From: Candidatus Bathyarchaeota archaeon | Lineage (GTDB): Archaea > Thermoproteota > Bathyarchaeia > 40CM-2-53-6 | Assembly (NCBI GenBank): GCA_963783645.1 | Contig: CAWAOH010000010.1 | Location: forward strand, 26,818 to 90,817 | Reading direction: 5' to 3' | DNA: 64,000 bases | Part shown: one piece after another, positions 19,346-28,293 of the stretch | Numbering within the stretch: the stretch's first letter is position 1 | How the letters are laid out: every line of letters starts with the position of its first letter | Program-made: the position numbers and the translations under genes | Notes under the pieces: generated by a model | The model's database searches: none | The model's input: the letters and a program-made list of their open reading frames with translations, nothing else | Told to the model about the DNA's origin: nothing

Positions 19346-19711
19346 TCAATATCGCCTTCGCAGTTCAATAGGTGGTGAGATGCGTTCTAGAATTCCTATG
19401 TAGTGTGTTTTGGTTTCAGCACTGACTACCCAAATTGGGAGATAAGTTAGATATTGCTCTTCTATAGTTGATTTTTTCTGTAGATCCTTTGACGCGATGA
19501 AGCTGCTTATCATCCAACTTTGGATAAGTTTGGGGACCTCTGGGCCTTGCACTGTGTTGAGTAATAGTGAATGCTCGAACTCGAAGGCTTTTCCTGTTTC
19601 AATTACACTGGTGAAGCCGCAATACCTGCACGTTGCAAGAATTTCGCCAGGCTGAACTTGGAGCGGTGCACCACAATGTGAGCAGCTAATCTCCCGTGTG
19701 ATTGTGACCAA
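19346..19711 (-). CDS. N-terminal Zn-ribbon protein (YdjG-like?), first gene of the SPFH cassette
   Basis: 'CSHCGAPLQVQPGEILATCRYCG' zinc ribbon, then 'YLTYLPIWVVSAETKTHY'. Confidence 0.5.
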   Translation of the reverse strand: MVTITREISCSHCGAPLQVQPGEILATCRYCGFTSVIETGKAFEFEHSLLLNTVQGPEVPKLIQSWMISSFIASKDLQKKSTIEEQYLTYLPIWVVSAETKTHYIGILERISPPIELRRRY

Positions 19712-19794
19712 GCTTATTCATCTATGGGTTATTGTCGCTAATCTTTAATGATCTCTATCTCTTCTTGAGTAGGGACTTTGCTGTAGTGTTGAGT

Positions 19795-20488
19795 ATGGCT
19801 AATCTTGGGCAGCTCAAAGGAACAATGTGGACTACCGTTCTAATTACGTTAGTTATTTTCGTGGGCTTCATTATAGTCATCTCATTTTTCATAAGTTAGG
19901 CTGTCGGGCTTGAGATTTCACCGACTGCTATAATATTGGGCGCTTTGGGCCTTGCAATTATTTTCATGCTCATACAGTTTGCCATTAGCCCTTACATCGT
20001 TGCGGCTACTACCCACTTGCAGTATCTGAATCCGGGAGAGAACGCTTGGTTAGAGGGCACCGCATCAAAGCTAGCTCAACAAGCCGGTGTTAAAGCACCT
20101 CGCCTCGCAATCGTTCCAGATCGGACACCGAACGCGTTCGTATTCGGCAACTCCTCTAACAATATGACCCTCGCTGTAAACCAAGGCCTGCTTGATCAGC
20201 TGAATGAGGATGAGATTCAAGGTGTACTCGGTCATGAGATCGGTCACATTCGCCATAAGGATTCAATTATTATGACATTCATGTCAGCCGTCCCTCTCAT
20301 CGCATACGTCATTGTGCGTGCAGCTTTCGGGTTTCGCGTGTATAGTGGAAGCTGGCGTAGAGGGGAGCGCAAAAACGGAACTGTGTTCGTTATCCTGGCA
20401 GGACTGGTTGCGCTTGCAATATTTTATATCTCAACTCTTGGTACCTCCGCGAACAATTCGCTGACGTCTTCTCAGCCTACTTGACCCC
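19795..20488 (+). pseudogene. truncated, inactivated copy of the M48/HtpX-like peptidase gene
   Basis: Colinear with residues 1-~238 of 25658..26728. There is an in-frame TAG at 19897-19899 where the intact copy has Tyr (TAT), a non-3n deletion near 20440 shifts the frame, and similarity ends at ~20488 ('...FADVFSAYLT'). Confidence 0.75.
20038..20294 (+). repeat. 257-bp near-identical core shared (inverted) with 26229..26485
   Basis: Base-by-base comparison gives 255/257 identical, whereas the flanking htpX sequence is only ~65-70% identical. Confidence 0.9.
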
Positions 20489-20518
20489 CCCAGATCTGAT
20501 TGTCGTATGACTAGCGGA

Positions 20519-20728
20519 TCATGGCTTCTCGAGGATACCGGGCTGCGCAGCCTTGAGAATGCCTTCCGTGATAAGGTGGCTGATCAAATCTTCCGCCTCG
20601 TCGACCTCGACCTTGCCATATAACGCGGACAATAACACATCCTTTTCGACTACACCGTTCTGTCTTGAAAGGCTATCAAAGGTCTCAAGGATTACCTTCA
20701 GCTTCTGCCGTAATGGGTTTGATCTCAT
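20519..20728 (-). CDS. small winged-helix-like protein
   Basis: 69-aa ORF, 'VVEKDVLLSALYGKVEVDEAEDLISHLITEGIL' is wHTH-like; no family assigned. Confidence 0.4.
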   Translation of the reverse strand: MRSNPLRQKLKVILETFDSLSRQNGVVEKDVLLSALYGKVEVDEAEDLISHLITEGILKAAQPGILEKP

Positions 20729-20831
20729 GATTGTTCATGGTTCTCTGGATTTCCCCGGTATATTGGTATTCGGTCAATTTTGAATCGCAAGAATGGAAGA
20801 TTCTGTTTGCGTCTGTAATTGAAATACAACT

Positions 20832-21122
20832 TCAGTTGCTAGAAGTCTTCGTCACGTACACTATTAGTCGGCCTTTCTTCTGGAACCATTCTCTCACGCT
20901 GTATTTGCCATCATCTAGCTTAGCAGCTGCCATGATTGCCATGAGCCCATTAGAGATAATCATGCCGTATCTTGTTCCAGCTAGATACCAATACCCAGAT
21001 AATCCAATCAGCAGGATGCCTAGAACGTTCAGTTTGCCCGCAAAACGCAGCTCATTTCGATATCTTTCGATAAGATACAGATGTCGTGATTTCCTAACTT
21101 TCTCATACACTAATACAGGCAT
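20832..21122 (-). CDS. small membrane protein (TM hairpin)
   Basis: The 96-aa ORF with the hydrophobic hairpin 'LNVLGILLIGLSGYWYLAG...GLMAIMAAA' is preferred over the overlapping + strand ORF 20731..21132. Confidence 0.35.
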   Translation of the reverse strand: MPVLVYEKVRKSRHLYLIERYRNELRFAGKLNVLGILLIGLSGYWYLAGTRYGMIISNGLMAIMAAAKLDDGKYSVREWFQKKGRLIVYVTKTSSN

Positions 21123-21471
21123 ACGTTTGTAGAATTTCCCCAGCTGCTCTAAAGTGGCCGAGGTTTTTCCTCTCTCCTAAATCATCAATGGTGTCGACCT
21201 ATGGTCATAAGTTTACTGTCCATCTCCGCCATATTTTCCGTTCATTGTGGTAAGGTTATACTGCTAATGTGTATGCACAAGGAAACGCAAGCTGCTTCAT
21301 GATTGTCATCAGCGTCCTTTGCAACTTCTTACTATGGTCATTCACTGGCACTCGGATGATATTCTCAATTCCCTGAATTTCGGATAATTGGAGTCGTCTG
21401 GCTGCTGCTACAATCTGCATGCTACGGCTTAGCATATGAACAAAATGCGCAGTAAACTACCGAACGATCAG

Positions 21472-22089
21472 TTAACCGGTCAAATAGATATTGCCAGTCG
21501 TGGTGTCATACTGAATTGGAACTTTCTGAAGTGGAAAAGGGGCCGGTCCGGCGACAACTTGCGCATTATTGTATGGATTGTAGACTGCACCATGACAAGG
21601 GCACGTGATTTCTCCAGCGTATGGATTAAACTGGACTTGGCATCCCGCATGTGTACAGATCGCGCTGTAGGCTACAAATCCACCGTTATCCAAGTGGATG
21701 AGAATGAACGGTCCATAAGTCGGGTCATTGAACGTGAGTGATTGATTTACAGGGATGTTCGCAGCGTTTGAAAGAAGCCTTCCACCAGACTGCCCACTTG
21801 TAACATAAGTGGGAACCTGAACTTGCGGCGAAAAGAACGCAACTTTAAGCCACATGACGATAGGTACCGAGAGAGCCATCACGCCGAGGACGTTGCGAAG
21901 AAGATTTCTTCGTTCTTGTTGTCTCCTAATTTCAGGAGAACTTCTGATCGTGTCTGCTCTGAATGAAGCTCTGGAGAGGAGAACCGGCACTTTTGGCTGC
22001 GTGGTGTATACTGAGGCGACAATGTCTTCCGGAATTTTCACTCGATATTTTTCAATCAGTTTCTTTGAGAATTCTACTTCGTCAGACAC
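21472..22089 (-). CDS. Rieske [2Fe-2S] protein with Tat-like signal and long N-terminal extension
   Basis: Rieske boxes 'CTHAGCQV' and 'CPCHGAVY'. 'RRQQERRNLLRNVLGVMAL' is a twin-arginine/TM-anchor-like segment preceded by ~55 hydrophilic residues. Confidence 0.8.
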   Translation of the reverse strand: MSDEVEFSKKLIEKYRVKIPEDIVASVYTTQPKVPVLLSRASFRADTIRSSPEIRRQQERRNLLRNVLGVMALSVPIVMWLKVAFFSPQVQVPTYVTSGQSGGRLLSNAANIPVNQSLTFNDPTYGPFILIHLDNGGFVAYSAICTHAGCQVQFNPYAGEITCPCHGAVYNPYNNAQVVAGPAPFPLQKVPIQYDTTTGNIYLTG

Positions 22090-22101
22090 AGTTCTAGTCT
22101 C

Positions 22102-22966
22102 CTATGTAATTGATTTATCCGTTGAGTTTCTTGTGATGATGTTGTTTATTCCTTCTAGGATTTTAGCTGCGTCTTTTCTTTCAACGCCCAAGCTGAGCAC
22201 AAACGCCCTTACGAATTCCAAGATGGTTTGCGTCTCTTGATGAGCGACAAACTGCAGCTTGATGCGTTCAAATGCTTTGTCTATTTCGTAGACTTGTTTC
22301 GGGTATAGGTTAGTGCCCTCCGGGATGGGAGCTTCTTGAATCTTGGCCGTCTTCACGAGAGTCGGTTTCGCGGTTTCCGTTTGAATTGATTTTGATCCTA
22401 CTAGCCATTCAAGAGAGTCGAATCTGTTAGTTAGTACCCCATCGATGCTTAAACGGGGTTGTGGTCCAGTAAGCAGCAATGTCAACCAACACATCACGAA
22501 TACGATGTCTGATCCGAAGTAGAATGGAAACGCATTCCAAGTAGCGGACAGAAAGAAAGTGAAGTTAAGCAGTAGACCCGGCTAATGCAGCGACCCTGAA
22601 AAGAAACCCTAGCAAGATTGCCACTCCAATCAGCGCCTCGCCTATTGCAACAACATATCCAAAAGCAACCGCGCTGGGTCCCACCGTGCCCAGCAGAAAA
22701 TCGTGCAATGGTGAACCCACGGCATATTGAGTGATCAAGTGTCCAATGTATCCAGGTTTTGATGGGTCGAAATAAGTCGGATCAGTCAGATGCTGTATTC
22801 CAGCATACAGGAATGTGATTCCCATGAACGCACGTAAGGGTAATAACAGACCAGCAGCAAACATCGTTTGATCTGTGATACTCGATCGGCTCAATTTACC
22901 CGCTTCCAGACTTCGCAACCGACGCCTGCCTATTATACACAGCTGCTCAGTTGATATGACATGCAA
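22102..22966 (-). CDS. DoxX-family membrane protein with ~110-aa C-terminal soluble extension, interrupted by a 1-nt frameshift (22565..22966 + 22102..22497/22564)
   Basis: 'LLLPLRAFMGITFLYAGIQHL' is a DoxX-like start. The frames rejoin ('RVAALAG|LLLNFTFFLSATWNAFPFYFGSDIVF') if the CCC run at 22577-22579 is shortened by one. 12-nt gap to the Rieske gene. Confidence 0.6.
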
Positions 22967-23054
22967 TGGAATACAACCATATCAGCTTCGTGAACCTACA
23001 AGGCGCCACTAGCTGGCCAATGTTTTAGCTGAGGTTGGGCTTTCTCATAGGAGA

Positions 23055-23834
23055 GTGTGGGGTATGGCACGATTATCAGGCAAAGTAGCCATTATAACTG
23101 GCTCAAGTGGCGGAATCGGCAGAGCAGCTGCTATGATCTTTGCCAAAGAAGGGGCGGATGTTGTTATTCACTACCGATCTAAGGAGTCGGAGGCCAGAGA
23201 ATTAGTCGAGAAGATTGACGCAATCGGACGTAAAGCCTTGCTTGCCAAAGTCGATTTTACCGATGTTAGACACGCGCAGGATGAAGTTCAGAGGATGGTG
23301 GACTCCACGATTAATGAGTTCAGCAGAGTTGACATACTAGTGAACCTAGCCGGTTACCCTGCTCGCGGTGAATGGAACAAGAAATTGTTTGAATTGACCT
23401 CGGAAGATTTCTTCAAGCCTCTTAATGTCGATTTACTTGGGTCTTTCCTCTGTGCGCGGGCCGTAGCTCCGCATATGGTGCGGCAAAAGAAAGGGGTAAT
23501 CGTAAACGTGAGTTCGACTCCTGCACTCGCTGGTCATAACAAAGGGTTTGCATTTACTGTTGCCAAAGCTGCTGTCATAGGTCTTACTAAGGCGCTCGCG
23601 TTTGAACTTGCCCCTTTTGTTAGGGTTAACACTGTCGCGCTCGGAAATGTGGAAACCTCATGGACTCTTGAACTCAGTAGCGAGGAATTATCAGCTGCTC
23701 GAAATGAGAATCTCATCAAACGGTTCGGATCACAGGAGGAAGTTGGAAAGGCGCTCGTTTTCTTGTGCTCTGACGATTCATCTTTCATAACTGGTCAGAC
23801 TATAGTGCTGGACGGCGGCACAGTGTTGCACTGA
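23055..23834 (+). CDS. short-chain dehydrogenase/reductase (FabG-like)
   Basis: 'ITGSSGGIGRA', 'LVNLAG', 'VSS...FTVAK' (FxxxK where YxxxK is expected), 'ITGQTIVLDGG'. The likely start is ATG 23064. Confidence 0.8.
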   Translation: MWGMARLSGKVAIITGSSGGIGRAAAMIFAKEGADVVIHYRSKESEARELVEKIDAIGRKALLAKVDFTDVRHAQDEVQRMVDSTINEFSRVDILVNLAGYPARGEWNKKLFELTSEDFFKPLNVDLLGSFLCARAVAPHMVRQKKGVIVNVSSTPALAGHNKGFAFTVAKAAVIGLTKALAFELAPFVRVNTVALGNVETSWTLELSSEELSAARNENLIKRFGSQEEVGKALVFLCSDDSSFITGQTIVLDGGTVLH

Positions 23835-23855
23835 GAAAGGTAGACTTCGAGTTAC

Positions 23856-24465
23856 ATGAAACCTTCTGATGTGGAATCCTTAAGCAAGTCTATTCATATG
23901 CATAAACGCTTCCCTGAACGCCTGAGCTTTCTCCTCTACAATCCGATCAGACGAAGACTCAATCCTCCAACTGCGGCTTATCTCGCGCTTGGGGGTAGGA
24001 GACAAAGACACTGTCATAGACTTCGGGTGTGGCCCTGGCTTTTACACGATACCGCTTGCACGTATAGCAGCAAGAACTATCGGTATAGACATTTCCGCAA
24101 AAATGCTCGAGCGAGCAGGTCATAACTCCAAGAAGGACGGTGTCAGAGTCGAATTGATACAAAGCGATGGCATATCAATAGATCTTCAAGATGAATCAGT
24201 CAATCTAATTATGATGGTGCATGTCTTTCATGAAATTGGAGATAAAGAAAAGGTTCTTCGCGAATTTTCTAGACTTTTGAAACCTTCTGGAAGATTGGCA
24301 ATAGTTGAGAGAACTCGAGCTGATGGTCTTCTGTCAAGAAGGTTCGGTCCGCCCGTGATGGAGCATGGGGGTATAGTTCATGCGATAACACAAGCGGGTT
24401 TTACCGTCATTGAAGTAATGCAAAATGGGGAAGATTCTATGGTTATCGTAAGTAGAAATCGATAG
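23856..24465 (+). CDS. class I SAM-dependent methyltransferase, interrupted by a 1-nt frameshift (23856..24125 + 23989..24465)
   Basis: Motif I 'VIDFGCGPGFYT'; 'LKPSGRLAIVE'. The N-terminus 'RFPERLSFLLYNPIRRRL...YLALG' joins 'VGDKDTVIDFG' if the G5 run at 23991-23995 is shortened by one. Confidence 0.75.
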
Positions 24466-24578
24466 GATCATTCGTTCAGGACTCGTATCCTGTTTAAGGT
24501 GACTGCCACTTCATCTGGAGATTTATCATAGATAATTGTTTCATAGCGAGGACCGGACAATTGTCACGCAGTCTCCTG

Positions 24579-25358
24579 CTATTTGCCCTTGAAAACAGGC
24601 TTTCGCTTCTCTAGAAAGGCATGCATTCCCTCACGTGCATCCTCTGTGGCGAATAATGTGTAGAATAGTTTACGTTCGTACTCTAAACCGATCTCTAGTG
24701 TAGTATCGTGGGCTCTTAGAATTGCCTCTTTTGCTGCCCGAATTGAGATTGGAGGCTTTGATGCAATTTCGTTGGCCATTTTCTTGGTTTCTACCATCAA
24801 ACTCTCCACAGGAACTACTCTGTTAACTATTCCATTGCGATGTGCCTCCTCTGCTGAGATGGGGTTCCCGGTGAGAATCATCTCCATCGCCTTCGGCTTC
24901 CCAACTGTCCTAGTCAGTCTCTGTGTGCCACCTGCTCCAGGCATGATGCCAACATTCACTTCTGGTTGACCGAAGACTGCACTTTCTGATGCGATTATAA
25001 TGTCGCAGTTCATAGCCAACTCATTTCCGCCTCCTAGGCAGTAGCCGCTGACTGCCGCTATGATTGGCTTAGCGGTTTTCCGAATTCGATCCCACAGCTC
25101 AAATCGTCTGCTGAGAATAAGCTCTACGGGGGTCGCTTGAGACATCTCCTTGAGATCTGCTCCAGCAGCGAAAGCTTTCTCTCCACCAGTCACGATAATT
25201 ACATTGACGGTTTCATCATTGTCTAATTCCTCTAGGGCTCTGACCAATTCGGACATTAGTTCGGAGTTAAGCGCGTTAAGAACACTCGGACGGTTCAATT
25301 GGATAATTCCTAATGGCTTCTCCCTAGTTACGATGAGATTCTGGTAGCTCAAAGACAT
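24579..25358 (-). CDS. enoyl-CoA hydratase (crotonase family)
   Basis: 'FAAGADLKEM', 'AAVSGYCLGGGNELAMNCD', 'GQPEVNVGIMPGAGGTQRL'. Confidence 0.85.
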   Translation of the reverse strand: MSLSYQNLIVTREKPLGIIQLNRPSVLNALNSELMSELVRALEELDNDETVNVIIVTGGEKAFAAGADLKEMSQATPVELILSRRFELWDRIRKTAKPIIAAVSGYCLGGGNELAMNCDIIIASESAVFGQPEVNVGIMPGAGGTQRLTRTVGKPKAMEMILTGNPISAEEAHRNGIVNRVVPVESLMVETKKMANEIASKPPISIRAAKEAILRAHDTTLEIGLEYERKLFYTLFATEDAREGMHAFLEKRKPVFKGK

Positions 25359-25428
25359 TCAGTCTCGTGAATGTGCTCACTGAACTTAAGCTTGACCGCC
25401 TATACTTCTTCGGACCGCGACTTTCTTA

Positions 25429-25445
25429 GTATCTAGTCTAGATAA
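25429..25445. promoter_or_regulatory. GTATCTAGTCTAGATAA box (16/17 identical to 28194..28210), core palindrome TCTAG-T-CTAGA
   Basis: Direct comparison of the two intergenic sequences. It lies 70-90 nt upstream of the enoyl-CoA hydratase start. Confidence 0.4.
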
Positions 25446-25657
25446 TTGATTTATGTTAGGTATTTATTACCGGCCATTATTTGGCGCATACGGCGTCGGT
25501 TACTTTCAATCCCAAAGATGGAGTGTAATAGTCCGAGATTCTGACGCGTTCGTTAGGAGGAGCTGATTCGGCTTCAAGCTTGAGGGTGTCTATTCCAAGC
25601 CGTTTGAGGCGTTTCGAATGTTTGCGGGTGATTGGGCTATTCACTCAGTGTTACATC

Positions 25658-26728
25658 TCAGGCATGTTCGTAAATGTTTGACGTCTGCAGCCCGCGGCTC
25701 GTAATTTCTTGGTCGATCTGCCTGAGCAAGAGTAGGCGTTTGTAGGTGGGGGGATGTGTTGCGAAAGCTTGATTCAGAGTGCCCCACCGGGACTTTGCCT
25801 CCTGCTCCATAGCCAGCTCAAGTTCATGCTCATCCAAGACTCCGTCCTTGTCCAGGTCGTACCGGTTGACGTGTTCCATGACCTGATTCATCTCTTGCTT
25901 CGCGAGAGCAGGGTCGGAAATGTAAAGCGCCCGGGCCCCGTGCGGTTCTTCGGAGCTGAGTGAGAGCCCATAAGTTATGCGTGCAAGCGCACTTTCCAAT
26001 TCCCTCGGAGCGCCTGTAAGGTACGCTGAGAAGACGTCTGCGTAGGACTCTCTCAAACGGCTTAATCGCAGTACGAGCAGTTGAGCAATGAAATAGACAA
26101 TGAGCGCGACTATTCCGGCGAGTATGATGTAGACTGCACCATTATCCCTGTTCCCCTTCCGGTTTCCACCCATCCCTCCATAATACCCGAACCCGAAGGC
26201 CATTCGAACAATTACGTAAGCGACGAGCGGGACGGCTGACATGAATGTCATAATAATTGAATCCTTGTGGCGAATGTGACCGATCTCATGACCGAGTACA
26301 CCTTGAATCTCATCCTCATTCAGCTGATCAAGCAGGCCTTGGTTTACAGCGAGGGTCATATTGTTAGAGGAGTTGCCGAATACGAACGCGTTCGGTGTCC
26401 GATCTGGAACGATTGCGAGGCGGGGTGCTTTAACACCGGCTTGTTGAGCTAGCTTTGATGCGGTGCCCTCTAACCAAGCGTTCTCGCCGGGTTGGAGGTA
26501 GCGCAGCCTGGTGCTCCACCGAACGATAGCAGGGCTGATTGCGAACTGAATGAGCATGAAGATTAGGGCGAGGATGAAAGCGCCGATTAGTATTGAGGCT
26601 GGGTCGAGTTGAAGATTTGTAGCATAACTGAAGAAGAACGAGACTACAACTATGAAACCGACGAAGATTACGAGAGTGATCAGGATCGTAAAGAACATCG
26701 TTCCCTTCAACTGAGTTAGGCTACCCAT
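25658..26728 (-). CDS. htpX: M48-family (HtpX-like) zinc metallopeptidase with an EF-hand-type loop in the C-terminal region
   Basis: TM segments, 'HEIGHIRH' (HExxH), 'SRLRESYAD', C-terminal 'THPPTYKRL'. Residues 291-302 'DLDKDGVLDEHE' fit the canonical EF-hand loop pattern. Confidence 0.8.
   Translation of the reverse strand: MGSLTQLKGTMFFTILITLVIFVGFIVVVSFFFSYATNLQLDPASILIGAFILALIFMLIQFAISPAIVRWSTRLRYLQPGENAWLEGTASKLAQQAGVKAPRLAIVPDRTPNAFVFGNSSNNMTLAVNQGLLDQLNEDEIQGVLGHEIGHIRHKDSIIMTFMSAVPLVAYVIVRMAFGFGYYGGMGGNRKGNRDNGAVYIILAGIVALIVYFIAQLLVLRLSRLRESYADVFSAYLTGAPRELESALARITYGLSLSSEEPHGARALYISDPALAKQEMNQVMEHVNRYDLDKDGVLDEHELELAMEQEAKSRWGTLNQAFATHPPTYKRLLLLRQIDQEITSRGLQTSNIYEHA
26229..26485 (-). 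repeat. inverted partner of 20038..20294 (255/257 identical)
   Basis: See 20038..20294. Confidence 0.9.
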
Positions 26729-26812
26729 TCATTCGACCTACCCGACTCTTGCGCACTTAAATCGCGAAGCCAATTAAGTCTCTCGGCTCCTCCCGCCATC
26801 CACATTCGCTCT

Positions 26813-27040
26813 TCACTCACTGAGGATCGTACCCGCTTCTGGCATCAAATCCTTGCACATTCCTCGAATCTCCGGCGAACATTCTCTGTCATGGGCGAGT
26901 ATCTTGAAATCTGGCGTAATCATGGGCGGAGGATCGAGTTTCGCGCATTCATTCGTGAAAGCCTCGTACAATTTTCTGAACTCATCAGACCATTGGTCTG
27001 GATGGAAGCATGGTCGTTTTCCATCTGCCGTTATCGTCAT
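26813..27040 (-). CDS. hypothetical small protein
   Basis: 75-aa ORF in an interval without a better candidate; no motif recognised. Confidence 0.3.
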   Translation of the reverse strand: MTITADGKRPCFHPDQWSDEFRKLYEAFTNECAKLDPPPMITPDFKILAHDRECSPEIRGMCKDLMPEAGTILSE

Positions 27041-27200
27041 CCTATCCTTAGATTCGCCTTTCCTGAGCAGGAAGGACTCGTTCGTCCGATAGTTGATTTT
27101 TGTTAGTAATTTATTAAGGGCGTTTCAGAGCTGTCGCTGGTTGACTTAGATCTTCAATCAAGACCTAGAATCTTCCAGTTATTGAAGTACCTCTCGTTAG

Positions 27201-27840
27201 TTACTTTTCGTCTGCTACGGAAGAGTTTAGGGTATCCCATGCGACTGTGACATGGTCAAATGGTGAGTGTTTGTAGTTCGGATCAGTCGTATTGACAATG
27301 ACCCTGACATGATCTTTGCCGAGTTTTTGGACAGCTTCGATGGCATCCGTCATTGTGAAATTTCCAATCTTCCAGTCCATGATGACATCGTCAAACTTAC
27401 TCATAGTTAGAGTAACATTAGATGTAATCCTTTGGGCGCCTACGTAGGCCTCTTGCAATGCAAATATGACTCTAGTGTCAGGGCAGATCAGTGGCGCATT
27501 GAACAACAGGATTCGATCGAAGAAATGCTCTGCTGAACAATCCTTCGCATAGCACAGCCCCACCGTTCCTCCAGCTGAATGCCCGAGAAGCGTAGGTTTC
27601 CTACCGTCTTGCGTTGCGTACTTTTTGGCATTGTACGAGATCATCATCTCATAATAGTCTGGAAATTCTGTACCGCTAATAGCAACAATTCTCCAATTGG
27701 CGGAAATTGCCTGTTGAATATTGCTGATAATCGTCATGCTGATCGAGTGGCAGCATCTGAATACCATTAGCAGTGATATAACCACCGCAAAGCAATATCA
27801 ATGTCCGACTTCCACCATCGTTACGCACCTCCACGCTCAT
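27201..27840 (-). CDS. alpha/beta-hydrolase-fold protein, probably frameshifted
   Basis: Nucleophile elbow 'GHSAGG'. An N-terminal strand 'MSVEVRNDGGSRTLILLCGG' (ATG 27840) is in a different frame from ORF 27201..27785. The two frames overlap open between ~27690 and 27785. Confidence 0.5.
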
Positions 27841-28193
27841 AACTGCGGACTTCCACGCTTTGACAGAACCAAGAAATATTATGCCTTGACTATAAACTTC
27901 GATCTACCCCTTTGGGTCAAGCGCCACATAGCACCGTGATTGAAGGGGATGTCGAAGTTAGTCTCACTAGAGGTTACCAAATAAGACCGACTGACCCGAG
28001 AGCAGATAGTGGAAGCGAGTAGAATTCGAGAAATCGCCCATCAAGAAAACCGAAGATGAACAAATGAATTTTCTATATCAGGAGGCAAGGAGGCTTTGGA
28101 GGCAAAAGCAGATATGATTTCAAAAAGTTCTTTAGAGTACGAATCGAGCAGAAGTCATTCGAGGCGAATGTCAAAATAATATGAAACCATTAA

Positions 28194-28221
28194 GTATCTA
28201 GTCTATATAACGAACGTTAAA
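28194..28221 (+). promoter_or_regulatory. composite promoter/operator: GTATCTAGTCTATATAA (shared with 25429) overlapping ATATAACGAACGTTAAA (identical to 31870..31886)
   Basis: Exact 17-nt identity 28205-28221 = 31870-31886. TATA-like 'TATATAA'. It lies 73 nt upstream of ATG 28294. Confidence 0.6.
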
Positions 28222-28293
28222 GAATAGTTCCTACGGCTTCAGCATCAACGAAGACAGGTGTGACAATTAGGTTTGACGCGACCGCCATGGACA

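Noticed and set aside
19897-19899. In-frame TAG in the htpX copy as possible pyrrolysine or read-through.
   Set aside because: TAG is used as an ordinary stop by many genes here (e.g. 1785-1787, 2209-2211). The same copy also has a frame-breaking deletion and a truncated 3' end, so it is a pseudogene.
20731-21132. 133-aa + strand ORF.
   Set aside because: It overlaps the minus-strand ORF 20832..21122, which has a clean TM hairpin. The + strand product looks compositionally random. Neither is strongly supported.
25477-25644. 55-codon minus-strand ORF (GTG start; '...KRLKRLGIDTLKLEAES...ISDYYTPSLGLKV...') just downstream of htpX. A similar 58-codon ORF lies at 21259..21435.
   Set aside because: Both are below the size threshold with no recognisable motif. 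Given the indel rate in this sequence, I cannot support them as genes.
28114-28179. 21-codon ORF 'MISKSSLEYESSRSHSRRMSK', preceded by three GGAGG words, as a precursor peptide for the SPASM enzyme.
   Set aside because: It has no Cys or other obvious modifiable core. The promoter-like box lies between it and the enzyme gene. It is too short to assess and is recorded only as a possibility.
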